Shown piece after piece: positions 11,705 through 23,995 of a DNA stretch of 64,000 nucleotides. Origin of the DNA: Octopus bimaculoides. Lineage: Eukaryota. Location: assembly GCF_001194135.2 (NCBI RefSeq), contig NC_068984.1, positions 49,494,866 to 49,558,865 of the forward strand. The letters run 5' to 3'. The notes below the pieces were generated by a model. That model was not told the DNA's origin. It did not search any database and worked only from the letters and a program-made list of their open reading frames with translations. Position numbers and translations under genes: made by a program. Each line of letters opens with the position of its first letter. Positions within the stretch are counted from its first letter, which is position 1.

Positions 11705-12042
11705 TTTGTGCCCGCAGCATGTGTAAGGACTTTCGAGCGAGATCGTTGCCAGTGCCCCTGGACTGGCTCTTGTGCGGGTGGCACATAAAATACACCATTT
11801 TGAGCGTGGCCATTGCCAGTACCGCCTGACTGGCCTTTGTGCCGGTGGCTCGTAAAAGCACCCACTACACTCTCAGAGTGGTTGGTGTTGGGAAGGGCAT
11901 CCAGCTGTAGAAAATCTGCCAGATCAGATTGGAGCCTGGTGCAGCCATCTGGTTTCACCAGTCCTCAGTCAAATCGTCCAACCCATGCTAGCATGGAAAG
12001 CGGACGTTAAATGACAATGATGATGATGATGATGATGATGAT
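11705..12042 (+). mobile_element. SINE-like family B, young copy
   Basis: Tandem units, core, CCAACCCATGCTAGCATGGAAAGCGGACGTTAAA and (GAT)n tail. Confidence 0.9.
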
Positions 12043-12076
12043 ATTTATTCATATATATATATATTTATTCATATAT

Positions 12077-12109
<33 letters not shown>

Positions 12110-12120
12110 ATGTAAATACA

Positions 12121-12295
12121 CAGGTGTTGGTATATGGTTAAGAAGTTTGCTTTCTGACATTATTTTAGGTTCAGTTCCCACATGGCACCTTGGGCAAATG
12201 TCTTCTACTGTTGCCTAAGCCAATCAAAGATTTGTGAGTGAATTTGGTAGACAGAAACTGAAAAAAGACCTGCATATATGTGTGTGTGTGTGTGT
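12121..12295 (+). mobile_element. SINE family A, 5' half
   Basis: B-box GGTTCAGTTCC and core GGCACCTTGGGCAAATGTCTTCTAC. Confidence 0.75.
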
Positions 12296-12469
12296 ACTTC
12301 TTTTATTTTTCAAAATTAAGATAAAGTTCTTTTCTAATCTAAAATATACTCTCCTTCATTTTCTACATTGCTCTTCCATCTTTCTGGTAGACTTGCAAGG
12401 CCCATCTCCCAAAATTCCCTTGTCCAAGACCAAAAATACTCCTCCAATACTGTTCTGACTTTACTCTTA

Positions 12470-12705
12470 CTCTCTTTTACTCGTTTACTTTAGTCGAGCA
12501 AATCGACCCCAGCACTTAATCTTTGTANNNNNNNNNNGTTTACTTTAGTCGAGCAAATCGACCCCAGCACTTAATCTTTGTAAGCCTAATACTTATTCTA
12601 TCAGTCCCTTTTGCCGAACCCCTAATTTACGGGGACATAAACACACCACCATCAATTGTCAAGCGATGTTTGTGGGACAAACACAGACACACAAACATAT
12701 ACACA
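12470..12705 (-). mobile_element. SINE family A, 3' half
   Basis: Reverse complement of the 3' half of the 25605-26005 copy. Confidence 0.8.
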
Positions 12706-12729
12706 CACACAATTTATACAGAATTTATA

Positions 12730-13648
12730 TTTTTTCCATCCAAATGATTTTGAAGACTGTGGAATATATAATAATTAGATGGGGCTATGTCCAGCGAATA
12801 TGGTGGGTATCATTTCCTATTCAAACTGCTCCAGCTTTTGGTATGTCATCCTTGCTGTATGTGGCCAAGCATTATCCTGATGGAAGAACACCTTTCGTCT
12901 TGAAACCAAAGATGGTCATTTTTCTTCTAGCACTGACTTAAGCTGCTCACTGTAGATCTTTGTTATCATTTGGTTTGGGTTTAAAAGTTCTTCTTTCCCT
13001 ACCCACTGTCTTCAGTGCTTGACATTTTTATAGACATCCCATTTTTCATCACCACTCGTTATTTGGTCGAAAAAAGGTTCATTTGTGAGACGTGACAGCA
13101 AAGAAGAGCACACGTTCACTCTCAGCACACGATTAGACTGAGGAAGTTTGTGAGGAACCCATTTATCCAATTTGTTGACTTTCCAGATGGCACACAGACG
13201 TTGATGAAGGGTTGAATGACCAAATCCAAGCTTCTCTGCTGATTTCTCAACAGTTACAATGAGATTTTGTTCCACCAGGGCTTGCAGGATGTGCTTGTTG
13301 AGCTCTACAGATCTTCCAGGATGAGGTTCATCTTCTAGGCAGTAGTTTCTGGTTCAGAATTTCTGGAACCACTGTTAACACTGGCTTACACTTATTGTCC
13401 AATCCCCATGTACTGCATTAATATTCCTCACATTTTCTGTTGCCTTTATTGAACTCATATAGCTTCGAAAAGATAAATGTTGGAATCGAACAGCATTCTT
13501 CAAATCTTGCACTATTAATAAATGCAAGGTAAAATTACTACCTGCTTTTATTAGTAAATTGATGCAGGTAGTTTACCCTGTCCCCCTCCAACTTTTAGTT
13601 CATGCACTTGAAAAAAACCACATTCATTATTTATGGGATGACTCTCTC

Positions 13649-13650
<2 letters not shown>
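12730..13650 (-). mobile_element. Decayed mariner (Tc1/mariner) transposon
   Basis: WVPHKL, GDEKW, HQDNAWPHT and a YSLDIAPSNY motif; frameshifts; TIR-like AGAGAGTCATCCCATAAATAATG next to TA at about 13650. Confidence 0.9.
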
Positions 13651-13685
<35 letters not shown>

Positions 13686-14651
13686 GTGTGTGTGTGTATG
13701 NNNNNNNNNNNNNNNNNNNNNNNNNNNNNNNNNNNNNNNNNNNNNNNNNNNNNNNNNNNNNNNNNNNNNNNNNNNNNNNNNNNNNNNNNNNNNNNNNNNN
13801 NNNNNNNNNNNNNNNNNNNNNNNNNNNNNNNNNNNNNNNNNNNNNNNNNNNNNNNNNNNNNNNNNNNNNNNNNNNNNNNNNNNNNNNNNNNNNNNNNNNN
13901 NNNNNNNNNNNNNNNNNNNNNNNNNNNNNNNNNNNNNNNNNNNNNNNNNNNNNNNNNNNNNNNNNNNNNNNNNNNNNNNNNNNNNNNNNNNNNNNNNNNN
14001 NNNNNNNNNNNNNNNNNNNNNNNNNNNNNNNNNNNNNNNNNNNNNNNNNNNNNNNNNNNNNNNNNNNNNNNNNNNNNNNNNNNNNNNNNNNNNNNNNNNN
14101 NNNNNNNNNNNNNNNNNNNNNNNNNNNNNNNNNNNNNNNNNNNNNNNNNNNNNNNNNNNNNNNNNNNNNNNNNNNNNNNNNNNNNNNNNNNNNNNNNNNN
14201 NNNNNNNNNNNNNNNNNNNNNNNNNNNNNNNNNNNNNNNNNNNNNNNNNNNNNNNNNNNNNNNNNNNNNNNNNNNNNNNNNNNNNNNNNNNNNNNNNNNN
14301 NNNNNNNNNNNNNNNNNNNNNNNNNNNNNNNNNNNNNNNNNNNNNNNNNNNNNNNNNNNNNNNNNNNNNNNNNNNNNNNNNNNNNNNNNNNNNNNNNNNN
14401 NNNNNNNNNNNNNNNNNNNNNNNNNNNNNNNNNNNNNNNNNNNNNNNNNNNNNNNNNNNNNNNNNNNNNNNNNNNNNNNNNNNNNNNNNNNNNNNNNNNN
14501 NNNNNNNNNNNNNNNNNNNNNNNNNNNNNNNNNNNNNNNNNNNNNNNNNNNNNNNNNNNNNNNNNNNNNNNNNNNNNNNNNNNNNNNNNNNNNNNNNNNN
14601 NNNNNNNNNNNNNNNNNNNNNNNNNNNNNNNNNNNNNNNNNNNNNNNNNNN

Positions 14652-14701
<50 letters not shown>

Positions 14702-14751
14702 TCAACCAAATTCCAATTCAATTTTATCATTTTATTTTAGCAGTTTTTGAA

Positions 14752-14954
14752 TTTTACAAAATGACATATTACAACATTGCAAGTACTTCCATGTTTTATA
14801 GAAATCTTCAGGTAGTCATCAAATGACACAGTTTATAAAATTATAAAGTTGTCAAATCTGAAGCACATTAGTTGTTTTCTAATATTGCAATTACCTGAAC
14901 CTTGTAATAAGACATGAAAGTACTTATAATGTTGTAATATGATTTATTGTAAAA
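14752..14954. repeat. Inverted repeat / probable MITE
   Basis: 14765-14793 vs 14913-14941 match at 26/29 as reverse complements. Confidence 0.7.
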
Positions 14955-15039
14955 TTGTAAAAATAGGAAAATAAAATGCAAAAATCAAGCATATCCTTAG
15001 ATTTTGCTTGTTTAATATATTTATCTATACAGAATTTTA

Positions 15040-15455
15040 CAAACCCTGAAATGCATGAGAAATGGGTTGTGAATGCAGAGGATATGTGAAAACCTCAGAG
15101 GAATGTAGCTCATTTGCTCCAATTGATGTGCAATATCTGTGCACATGCGATGAAGTGCTAAAGTATCAAGAGAAAAATTAGGCATCAGAGGAATCAGATG
15201 AAGTATGCAAGAGAGAAAACTAGGCTGATTGGTCATATGATGCAAATGGATGAATACACTGAATAGAGAAGTGCCAGTCACTTAAAGTGGATGTAACTTG
15301 TGCAGAGAGACTCAGAAAAAAATCATGGGACAAAGTAGTGAAGGATGATCTCAAGTTGCTGAGCTTTACTGAGGAGCTGACAAAGGACTGAGCTGAATAG
15401 CAATTTGTTGTGCTCAAGGAGTCCTGTCTACCACAGCAAAAATGATGTTCTAAAA
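15040..15455 (+). mobile_element. RTE-clade LINE 3' end
   Basis: LREKLGIRGI...GHMMQMDE...KSWDKVVKDDLKLL...TKD; stops present. Confidence 0.8.
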
Positions 15456-15714
15456 CCACTTTGGTTTTGTTTGCAAATGGTGGGGAGCTATCCTTCCCCT
15501 TTCTCTCTCTCTCTGTGACCAAAAGTATCCCCACCACCTCAAATATATCTAATAACCATCACTCCTCTCCCTTTGGTACTATTCAGCTGCTGTAATCACT
15601 CTAGAGCAGAATCTGTATGTATTACAACTGTGTTTCCAGTTTCCTTCCCCAACCCTTGAACCACTTGCAATCCTTATTCTCATTATCATCCCTTCCTGGA
15701 CTATTTCCTAGTTC

Positions 15715-15928
15715 TCTATTGCCCACAAGGGGCTAAACATAGAGGGGACAAACAAGAGATTAAGTTGATTACATTGACCTCAGTGCATAACTGGTACTTA
15801 ATTTATCGACCCCGAAAGGATGAAAGGCAAAGTCGACCTTGGCGGAATTTGAACTCAGAACATAGCGGCAGACAAAATACCGCTAAGCATTTCGCCCAGC
15901 GTGCCAACGTTTCTGCCATCTCGCCTCC
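15715..15928 (-). mobile_element. tRNA-derived SINE family D
   Basis: - strand CTGAGTTCAAATTCCGCCAAGGTCGACTTTGCCTTTCATCCTTTCGGGGTCG; matches the 50895 copy. Confidence 0.88.
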
Positions 15929-16734
15929 TGCACTATTTCTAATAATCATTACTTCCTTTCTATACCTTTCAGCTATCTTTCTCTCATATCTACTATCACA
16001 CCCAGCACCCTCCCATATCTACCTTCACAACCTACTTACTAAAGCCATCCTTTTTACCCCTACATATTCCTACACTTTGCACATTATCCCCTACTTTCTG
16101 ATTCATTCCTCTTTCTGAACCACTTCTGTTCTTCTCATCCTACCTACTCTCCATATTGATATTTCCAAAACTGCACCTCTACTTGTGTTCATCACTCAGT
16201 ACACCTATCTCTACCCCCATTTCTGACCACTTGTTACTACCTTACCACCCTGTTACATCAACTTACATCTTAAGATACTCAGGCATCTAATTACTACCAT
16301 CTCTATCTTTTTTCCAGCTACTCTCTCCTACCACTATATAATGTGCAGTAGCCACATATCTCATCTATAGAACACCCTACATTGTCCACTGTCATACTTT
16401 TTAGTCCTTCAATACCTAGCATCTGCCACCCTCCATCTGAAAATCCTTCTTAGTCATGGGGATTTTTCCATTTTCCTTCTACTGTACTTTCTTGTTTTGC
16501 AAGTTTTCTAGCCTGTAGCATGAAAAAAAAAAAGCACACAATATGTACTATAAAAGCACCCAGTATGTACATTGAAGCTAAAGGCAGTTCTGCAGCTTGC
16601 TGAATCCTATTAAACTGTCCAACTCTTGCCAACATGGATGGGGATGATGATGATGATGCATGTCTGTGCATACATGTTTATACATGTTATATGCATGTGT
16701 GTGTCTACATATTCATACATGCATATGCATATCT

Positions 16735-16948
16735 TTCATCTTTTACTTCTATTAGTCATTTGACTGCAACCATACTGGGGTACTGTCATGAAAGGTTTTA
16801 TCAAATAAATCAACCCCAGTACATTTTTTCCAAGCTTGGTATTTATTATATCAGTCTCTTTTTACCAAAGTGTTAAGTTATGGAGATGTAAACACTGGTT
16901 GCCAAGCAGTGGTTGGTGTGGACTAATACACAGACGTGTGTGTATCTA

Positions 16949-16987
<39 letters not shown>

Positions 16988-17042
16988 GATGAATTTCTTT
17001 CAGTTTCTGCCCACCAAGTCTTTGGCTGGCCTGGGGCTACAG
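16735..17042 (-). mobile_element. SINE family A (diverged, runs into gap)
   Basis: Reverse-complement similarity to the other A copies. Confidence 0.7.
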
Positions 17043-17772
17043 NNNNNNNNNNNNNNNNNNNNNNNNNNNNNNNNNNNNNNNNNNNNNNNNNNNNNNNNNN
17101 NNNNNNNNNNNNNNNNNNNNNNNNNNNNNNNNNNNNNNNNNNNNNNNNNNNNNNNNNNNNNNNNNNNNNNNNNNNNNNNNNNNNNNNNNNNNNNNNNNNN
17201 NNNNNNNNNNNNNNNNNNNNNNNNNNNNNNNNNNNNNNNNNNNNNNNNNNNNNNNNNNNNNNNNNNNNNNNNNNNNNNNNNNNNNNNNNNNNNNNNNNNN
17301 NNNNNNNNNNNNNNNNNNNNNNNNNNNNNNNNNNNNNNNNNNNNNNNNNNNNNNNNNNNNNNNNNNNNNNNNNNNNNNNNNNNNNNNNNNNNNNNNNNNN
17401 NNNNNNNNNNNNNNNNNNNNNNNNNNNNNNNNNNNNNNNNNNNNNNNNNNNNNNNNNNNNNNNNNNNNNNNNNNNNNNNNNNNNNNNNNNNNNNNNNNNN
17501 NNNNNNNNNNNNNNNNNNNNNNNNNNNNNNNNNNNNNNNNNNNNNNNNNNNNNNNNNNNNNNNNNNNNNNNNNNNNNNNNNNNNNNNNNNNNNNNNNNNN
17601 NNNNNNNNNNNNNNNNNNNNNNNNNNNNNNNNNNNNNNNNNNNNNNNNNNNNNNNNNNNNNNNNNNNNNNNNNNNNNNNNNNNNNNNNNNNNNNTTTTTT
17701 TTTCTTAAAGAAGAGCTCTACAGTTGTATTTGTCCCCTCTGTGTGCAGCCCTGTGTGGCTAATAAAAGAAAG

Positions 17773-17808
<36 letters not shown>

Positions 17809-17853
17809 ATGTATACGCATTTGAGAAAGAAAGAGAGAGAGAGTCTTTCTTAC

Positions 17854-17937
17854 CACTGGTGTCAATAAAGTACCATTCAATAACTGTACTGAGTATCTGC
17901 TCTGCTAAAATATCTGGCTTTGCAGCCTTTTCAGGGG
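17854..17937 (-). CDS. Candidate exon of an unidentified - strand gene (PEKAAKPDILAEQILSTVIEWYFIDTS)
   Basis: Strong acceptor catttccatttttgtag, donor GTG|GTAAGA; 84 nt open, phase 1 to 1. Confidence 0.5.
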
Positions 17938-18684
17938 CTACAAAAATGGAAATGATGCAGGTGTAAGAATGAAAGAGTGAGTTTGACTTAGATAACTAAC
18001 TGTAAACGTAACATTTTATTTTATTACTTTTCAATGCAAAATATTAAAAAAAAAAGGCAACTTTGTATGAATACCAATTTTTTTTACATTTACCCTAGTT
18101 TAGAAAATTTTCCAACAGGACATGCCCATATTTCAAATGATACCCAAATACTATTATATAAAAAAATACTTCAATAAAACAAAATATATTAAAGAAGATC
18201 TTATCATAGTGTTTTGCTTTTTTCTTTTTAGCTTTTTTAATGTTAGTCAAAGTGTTGTCCTACCAGTATTTCTTGCAGTATAAACTATTTTCATTGTATA
18301 TATTATTACTGCTCTACTTATACTTAAACTGAAAACAATAAATCACTTGTGCATTTAACATGCACACACATATGCACAGATCCGTACATGTATTATAGCT
18401 AATGTAAATGTATGCATACTTCATATATTCACATGGAAATAAGGAAAATAATTTTCTGAAACTTACAAACATTTCTTTCATCAGTTTTGTTATAAATTAT
18501 ACTTAACATTTCTTTAAAATTTTATATGTCTACTTAGAATTTGGAGATTTGCAGTACTTTTTTGTATAAGTATGAGAAGTAATGGCTTTATCAAAAACTA
18601 TCTATTGCACACATATTGTCATTTATGTTCATTTTTTTTTTTTTCAGACCATCCATTTTTGGTAGGGAGAGTTTTATTTCTTAC

Positions 18685-18709
18685 ATAAGTTTCTTCTATA
18701 TGTGCTTGT
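18685..18709 (-). CDS. Candidate 25-nt micro-exon (TSTYRRNL)
   Basis: Acceptor ttttaattgctgtcatgtaatag, donor TAT|GTAAGA; phase 0 to 1 links 18856-18963 to 17854-17937. Confidence 0.4.
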
Positions 18710-18855
18710 CTATTACATGACAGCAATTAAAAAAAAATTAAATGGAATTTGGAGTTGCAAAATTGATAGAGTACTACTTATTTTTCTTGTATGCTTTTCT
18801 TCAGTAGGTTTTTATTGCTTCCTCAGCCATGGTCAATAAAATTAATGCTCCTTAC

Positions 18856-18963
18856 ATTAAATTTACTTCTTTTCATAAAAGTACTGAACTTATCGTTTGT
18901 TGAAAGAATCCAGTTTTTTAATATTACACCATTTCTGGAAGTATTATTTTCAGCAATAAATGT
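18856..18963 (-). CDS. Candidate exon (TFIAENNTSRNGVILKNWILSTNDKFSTFMKRSKFN)
   Basis: Acceptor ttttatttttag, donor AAT|GTAAGG; 108 nt, open only in frame 0. Confidence 0.5.
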
Positions 18964-19610
18964 CTAAAAATAAAATTAAAGTAAATTTGATTTTCATTTT
19001 CACTTTTAATTTATTTTAATTATTTAGTTTCTACCTTTCACACAGTTTATTTTTGTACTTCTACATTTAAATATTTTCTTTCTTATCCTCAATTAGTATA
19101 TTTGTAAATATAATTTCATTAACTATTTTTTTCCTAATATTTCACAAACAATTTCAAACATATGTATATAAATAATTTATGAAGTTCATTTTAACTAGCA
19201 ATTTGAAAATTCTTTGTAATGGCATAAAATTTCAGATTTATAAATAGCTGAATGGGAAATTATGGTATTTATTCTTTCTCAAAGGCATTAACAACATAAG
19301 TGATGTGCTTCAAATTCAGTCTGAACTGGATCCCAGATATCGTTTATAGGCAACCACAAAACCAGTGAATAAATGACCTCAGAGATATTTGATATCTACA
19401 TTGAAGAAGTAAATTGAATTCTTTTAACTCTTTAAACATTTCAATATTTATTTTTATTTGTTTTATGGATATATATTGTACTTAGTTTCTGCAAATGCAG
19501 ACCATTGTTAGTTTACTCAAATTTCTTTTTCACTTTGATACAATAGTAGTTTTCTCTCCACCAGCCGCTTCATTTGTTTATTTTTCTACAAAGCACCATG
19601 TTTTGCTTAC

Positions 19611-19682
19611 TGCTGTTTTAAGTATAGAGCTAAGTTGTCTTAAATACTTAGATTGTTTTCTCTTGTGTAGAAAACTAAAATC
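19611..19682 (-). CDS. Candidate exon (DFSFLHKRKQSKYLRQLSSILKTA)
   Basis: Donor GCA|GTAAGC, weak acceptor; phase 0 to 0. Confidence 0.3.
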
Positions 19683-20895
19683 CTGAGTTGGGTATTATCT
19701 CTGTTTTTCTTCATTTGTCATTTGGCAGATTTCTCTTTTGTTGAATGCAATTAACATGATAGTGAAATCACTCAGTGTATAAGAATACTAATCTCTAGTT
19801 TGTGAGTTCAAATTTGCTAGAGGCCTTTCACAGTGTTTCTATGCAGGTTATTTTGTTCTATATGCCTCAGTTCACCTCACTGCTTAGAATAGTTTTTTTT
19901 AGAGAATATTACCTGCAATAGATCAGCAGCCTATCTTGCAGAATATTTGTCTTTCATTATCCTTTCTGAGGTGAAACCAAGATCCCCTAAAGCAGTGCTG
20001 CTCAAAGTGGGTTGTACAGCTTTCTAAGGCACAACAAAAAAATTTATATGGCTCCTGATGACAGAGGTGGATGATAGCAGGGTTGGTAAATATATATGTA
20101 GTCTGATTTAGCAATTTTAAAAATAATTTAAATATCAACTTAAAAAAAAATTAATGCAATAATATGATAAACTACTTGTTAGAACAATGACACCCACAAC
20201 AATAATAATAAACTTTGAAATGTGAATAAGTAGATAAACAAAACTGAATGTATACCCCTTACACATGTAAATAATGTGTAAATTATAAGTAAAATAACCT
20301 GTAAGAACCAATAATCACAATGCATAGCAAATATTCAAACTGCATACNNNNNNNNNNNNNNNNNNNNNNNNNNNNNNNNNNNNNNNNNNNNNNNNNNNNN
20401 NNNNNNNNNNNNNNNNNNNNNNNNNNNNNNNNNNNNNNNNNNNNNNNNNNNNNNNNNNNNNNNNNNNNNNNNNNNNNNNNNNNNNNNNNNNNNNNNNNNN
20501 NNNNNNNNNNNNNNNNNNNNNNNNNNNNNNNNNNNNNNNNNNNNNNNNNNNNNNNNNNNNNNNNNNNNNNNNNNNNNNNNNNNNNNNNNNNNNNNNNNNN
20601 NNNNNNNNNNNNNNNNNNNNNNNNNNNNNNNNNNNNNNNNNNNNNNNNNNNNNNNNNNNNNNNNNNNNNNNNNNNNNNNNNNNNNNNNNNNNNNNNNNNN
20701 NNNNNNNNNNNNNNNNNNNNNNNNNNNNNNNNNNNNNNNNNNNNNNNNNNNNNNNNNNNNNNNNNNNNNNNNNNNNNNNNNNNNNNNNNNNNNNNNNNNN
20801 NNNNNNNNNNNNNNNNNNNNNNNNNNNNNNNNNNNNNNNNNNNNNNNNNNNNNNNNNNNNNNNNNNNNNNNNNNNNNNNNNNNNNNNNNNNNNNN

Positions 20896-20940
<45 letters not shown>

Positions 20941-21729
20941 CATCATCATTTATATATATATATATATATATATATCATCATCATCATTTATATATATAAC
21001 TGCTTGTCAGTTGATTTAAAGTGTGCAATTTTTACTAAAAGAAAGGAATTATTAAAATTTACATTCTTGAGGAAGTTCTTAAGAATTCCAATTTTGATAT
21101 ATTTTTATTAAAATGTGGTTTTCAATTTCCTTTAATTATTGAAGATTTCAACTACACAATTCAATTTAAATTCGCTGTGAGATAGTGGTTTTCAACATCT
21201 TACTTCCTTCTCTCTCTCTTTCTATCTCTCTTTCCATTTCTTTGTTTACCATTTCTATTTCTCTTAGTCTTTCTCTTTCTCTGTCCTTGTAACATTTCTT
21301 CTCTCACTCCTATCTCCAGCTTCATTCTCTGCAATACTTGGTCTGTCAGACTGTCTGCCTTTCTCTCTCTCTCTTCCCATTTCTTCGTTTACTGCCACTA
21401 TCTCAATTTGGCTTTCTCTTTCTCTATACTTGGGCATTTTTCTCTCTCACTCTCATCCTCTGTTTCTTTCTTTGCAATGCTCTCTCTCACCTTCCGCTCT
21501 CTCTATCTCAACCCTCTCTCAACTACATCTTTTCAATTGCTTGCATTAAAAATAAGTTGTTTTTTTGAGGTACTGAGAAAATATTTGTGAAAATCTTATG
21601 CTATATCTGTTTATCATATCAAAATTACCCAGAAATTCAAGTTTATTTTGTTTATACACAAACGTGCATGCTTCAGTATACATACTGCACTATTTGTTGC
21701 ACATTAGAATTTCTCATTTCAACATATAC

Positions 21730-21796
21730 CAGCAGAACACAGAGATGAGAAGTAGGTCGGTCTTGTTTCAGTGATCAGAATTGTGGCAGTTGCATC
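21730..21796 (-). CDS. Candidate exon (DATATILITETRPTYFSSLCSA)
   Basis: Acceptor ctactttctgtgtaactaag, donor CTG|GTATAT; open in one frame. Confidence 0.3.
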
Positions 21797-23849
21797 CTTA
21801 GTTACACAGAAAGTAGCATAGAGCAAACACAAGAGACCTACAGCCATCCTCAGTCACACAAAAAGCATAGTACTGTGAGATTTGAGAATTAAGGGTAGTT
21901 GGTAGTTGAGCAATATGTATGAGTGAAAGAATGCAATGTAAGGTAAATAGTTGAGCAATAAAGGTATGGACAAAATAATGCAATGTGTTACAAATAGAAA
22001 AAAAATCCACAGACAGCATAATATGGGGAGAGTGAAAATAGAAGGGAATGATTGAAAGATGAACAATATAAGAGAATGGATATGAGAAACAGGAGAGTTA
22101 AAAGAATGGGTGATTTGGTCAATAGACAGATGCATGATAGGGATGTTTAATATGAAAGATAAGAGATAGAGAGGTGAGTGATGTGCATGTTAGAGGAGTG
22201 AGAGGCTAAAAAGATCAATGATGTAGGCATGACAGTAGGCAGACATATATGTTTGCACACATATATAAACATAAATACATTTGTATAGATAGATAGATGT
22301 TTCTATATACAAAAATATGAATGTATGTGTGTACATATATATGTACACTTGTATTTATTTACATCCATCCATTCCTCTATTGAAGCATGCTTGTAATAAT
22401 ACACAAATATGCATAATACAATTTTAGCATTCATTTTGCCATGCCTGGACTGGTGAGCAGATCCTAATTAATTTTTCTGTACGGAGTTGCTGTTACATTA
22501 ATAATCTGGCTCATCAATTCCTTGCTTCTTTGTGACAGCTAATTATAATACTATGCCAGTATCTCAACATAATATCTCCCTATTTTATCTGATTGATTAT
22601 GCTAGTGACTAGTAATTTGCTGGATATTTTCAGCATCGCATGGTTCAGTTTTCCCTACTTTCATAGCCTTATTCACACTTTTCACTGTGTAGTTGTCATC
22701 TTCAGCAGGTGAGCCTTCTGTTGGGCCTACACATGGACGACCCTCTCTTGTCCATTTAGTTCACATTTATTAACCTCTTCTGTAACATTTCTATGGTTGC
22801 TTCTTCACAGTGTCAATGAGGACAAGTACACTGTCCATAAATCTGGTTTGTTGCCTGCAGCAAGTTGTCTCACAAAAAATTCCTTGTCCTCTTCTATGTT
22901 GTAGGACTCTGTTGCCTTCTTAACAGCAGAGATATAAAACATAATTTGGTATATATAGGAGCTCATTCTATGATTATAATTCACAAAATGAGGGATACTT
23001 TTCTTGTTTTTTTCTTCTGATCAAAAGAGATATTTCTTTTTCAAAATATTTTGAACTTGATTATCATTTAAAAATTCATCAATAATTCAAGTTATTATAT
23101 GTCAAATAATTCCTATAAATAGTATTCTTTTAAGTGGCAATGAAAAATTCAAATTTTCATTTTCTTATTTTACTTAAATTTCTGAAATATGCAGAAGATC
23201 AAAAGACCGATCTTCATCACTGAATGTTTTATTAGTTTGCAATGCTGCATTTAAACCCTTCAATAAGAAAATCTTTCTGTAAAGGACCAACGTCCTGTCC
23301 GTAAAGAGGCTTGCTGCTCATCCACAGAAATTAACACCATGGAAATCATAGGTGAACAAGAGCTTTATGGATCCTAAGTATTTAGAAAGGATTGTGCCCT
23401 AGCTACTTTCTACTAATGCTATGTGACATTTAAAAGCTATTCTGTATGTGAGAAAATTTCAAAATAGTTCCAAACCTCAATAATAATAACTACTGTTTGC
23501 TATTAATGCTTCTTAGCAATGATTGTTTTGATGATTGCGGAATAAATGGCTCAGAACTTGGTTATCTATCACCATACATTGATATTTGTGGCAATTCAGC
23601 AATACTCCATAATTAGAAATGTTTGTTGCATATTACTTGTTAGTCAATAATCTGAATAAGTATTCATGTACCATTTCATTCACAAAAAGTTCAAAAACTA
23701 TATGCAGATTTATTAATGACTGGGAGTGCTAACAATGAATTTATATAAGTTATACAACTGTATCATAGTCAACAGTAAATCTCTCTAAGAATATTTTAAC
23801 ATTTCATGGGATAAGCTCCAGAGCTAGCTTATATTCTTGTTATTTCATT

Positions 23850-23852
23850 CAA

Positions 23853-23929
<77 letters not shown>

Positions 23930-23995
23930 TTTTCTCTCTCTCTCTCTCTCTCAGACACACACATGCAGACATGTGTGCATGCACACACACACACA
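23850..23995. repeat. (CT)n followed by (CA)n microsatellite
   Basis: Directly visible. Confidence 0.95.

Noticed and set aside
12481-12583. 47-bp direct repeat either side of a 10-N gap (likewise about 51040-51170)
   Set aside because: Typical unmerged contig overlap; assembly artefact.
14741-14811. + strand exon candidate (FEFYKMTYYNIASTSMFYRNLQ)
   Set aside because: Overlaps one arm of a MITE-like inverted repeat, has a weak donor, and its phase does not follow exon 11040-11101.
23190-23375. Minus frame reading VNFCG-TGA-AASL..., suggestive of a SELENOF-like CGU selenocysteine motif
   Set aside because: Flanking residues do not resemble SELENOF, no SECIS was identified, and a single TGA between short open stretches is common by chance.
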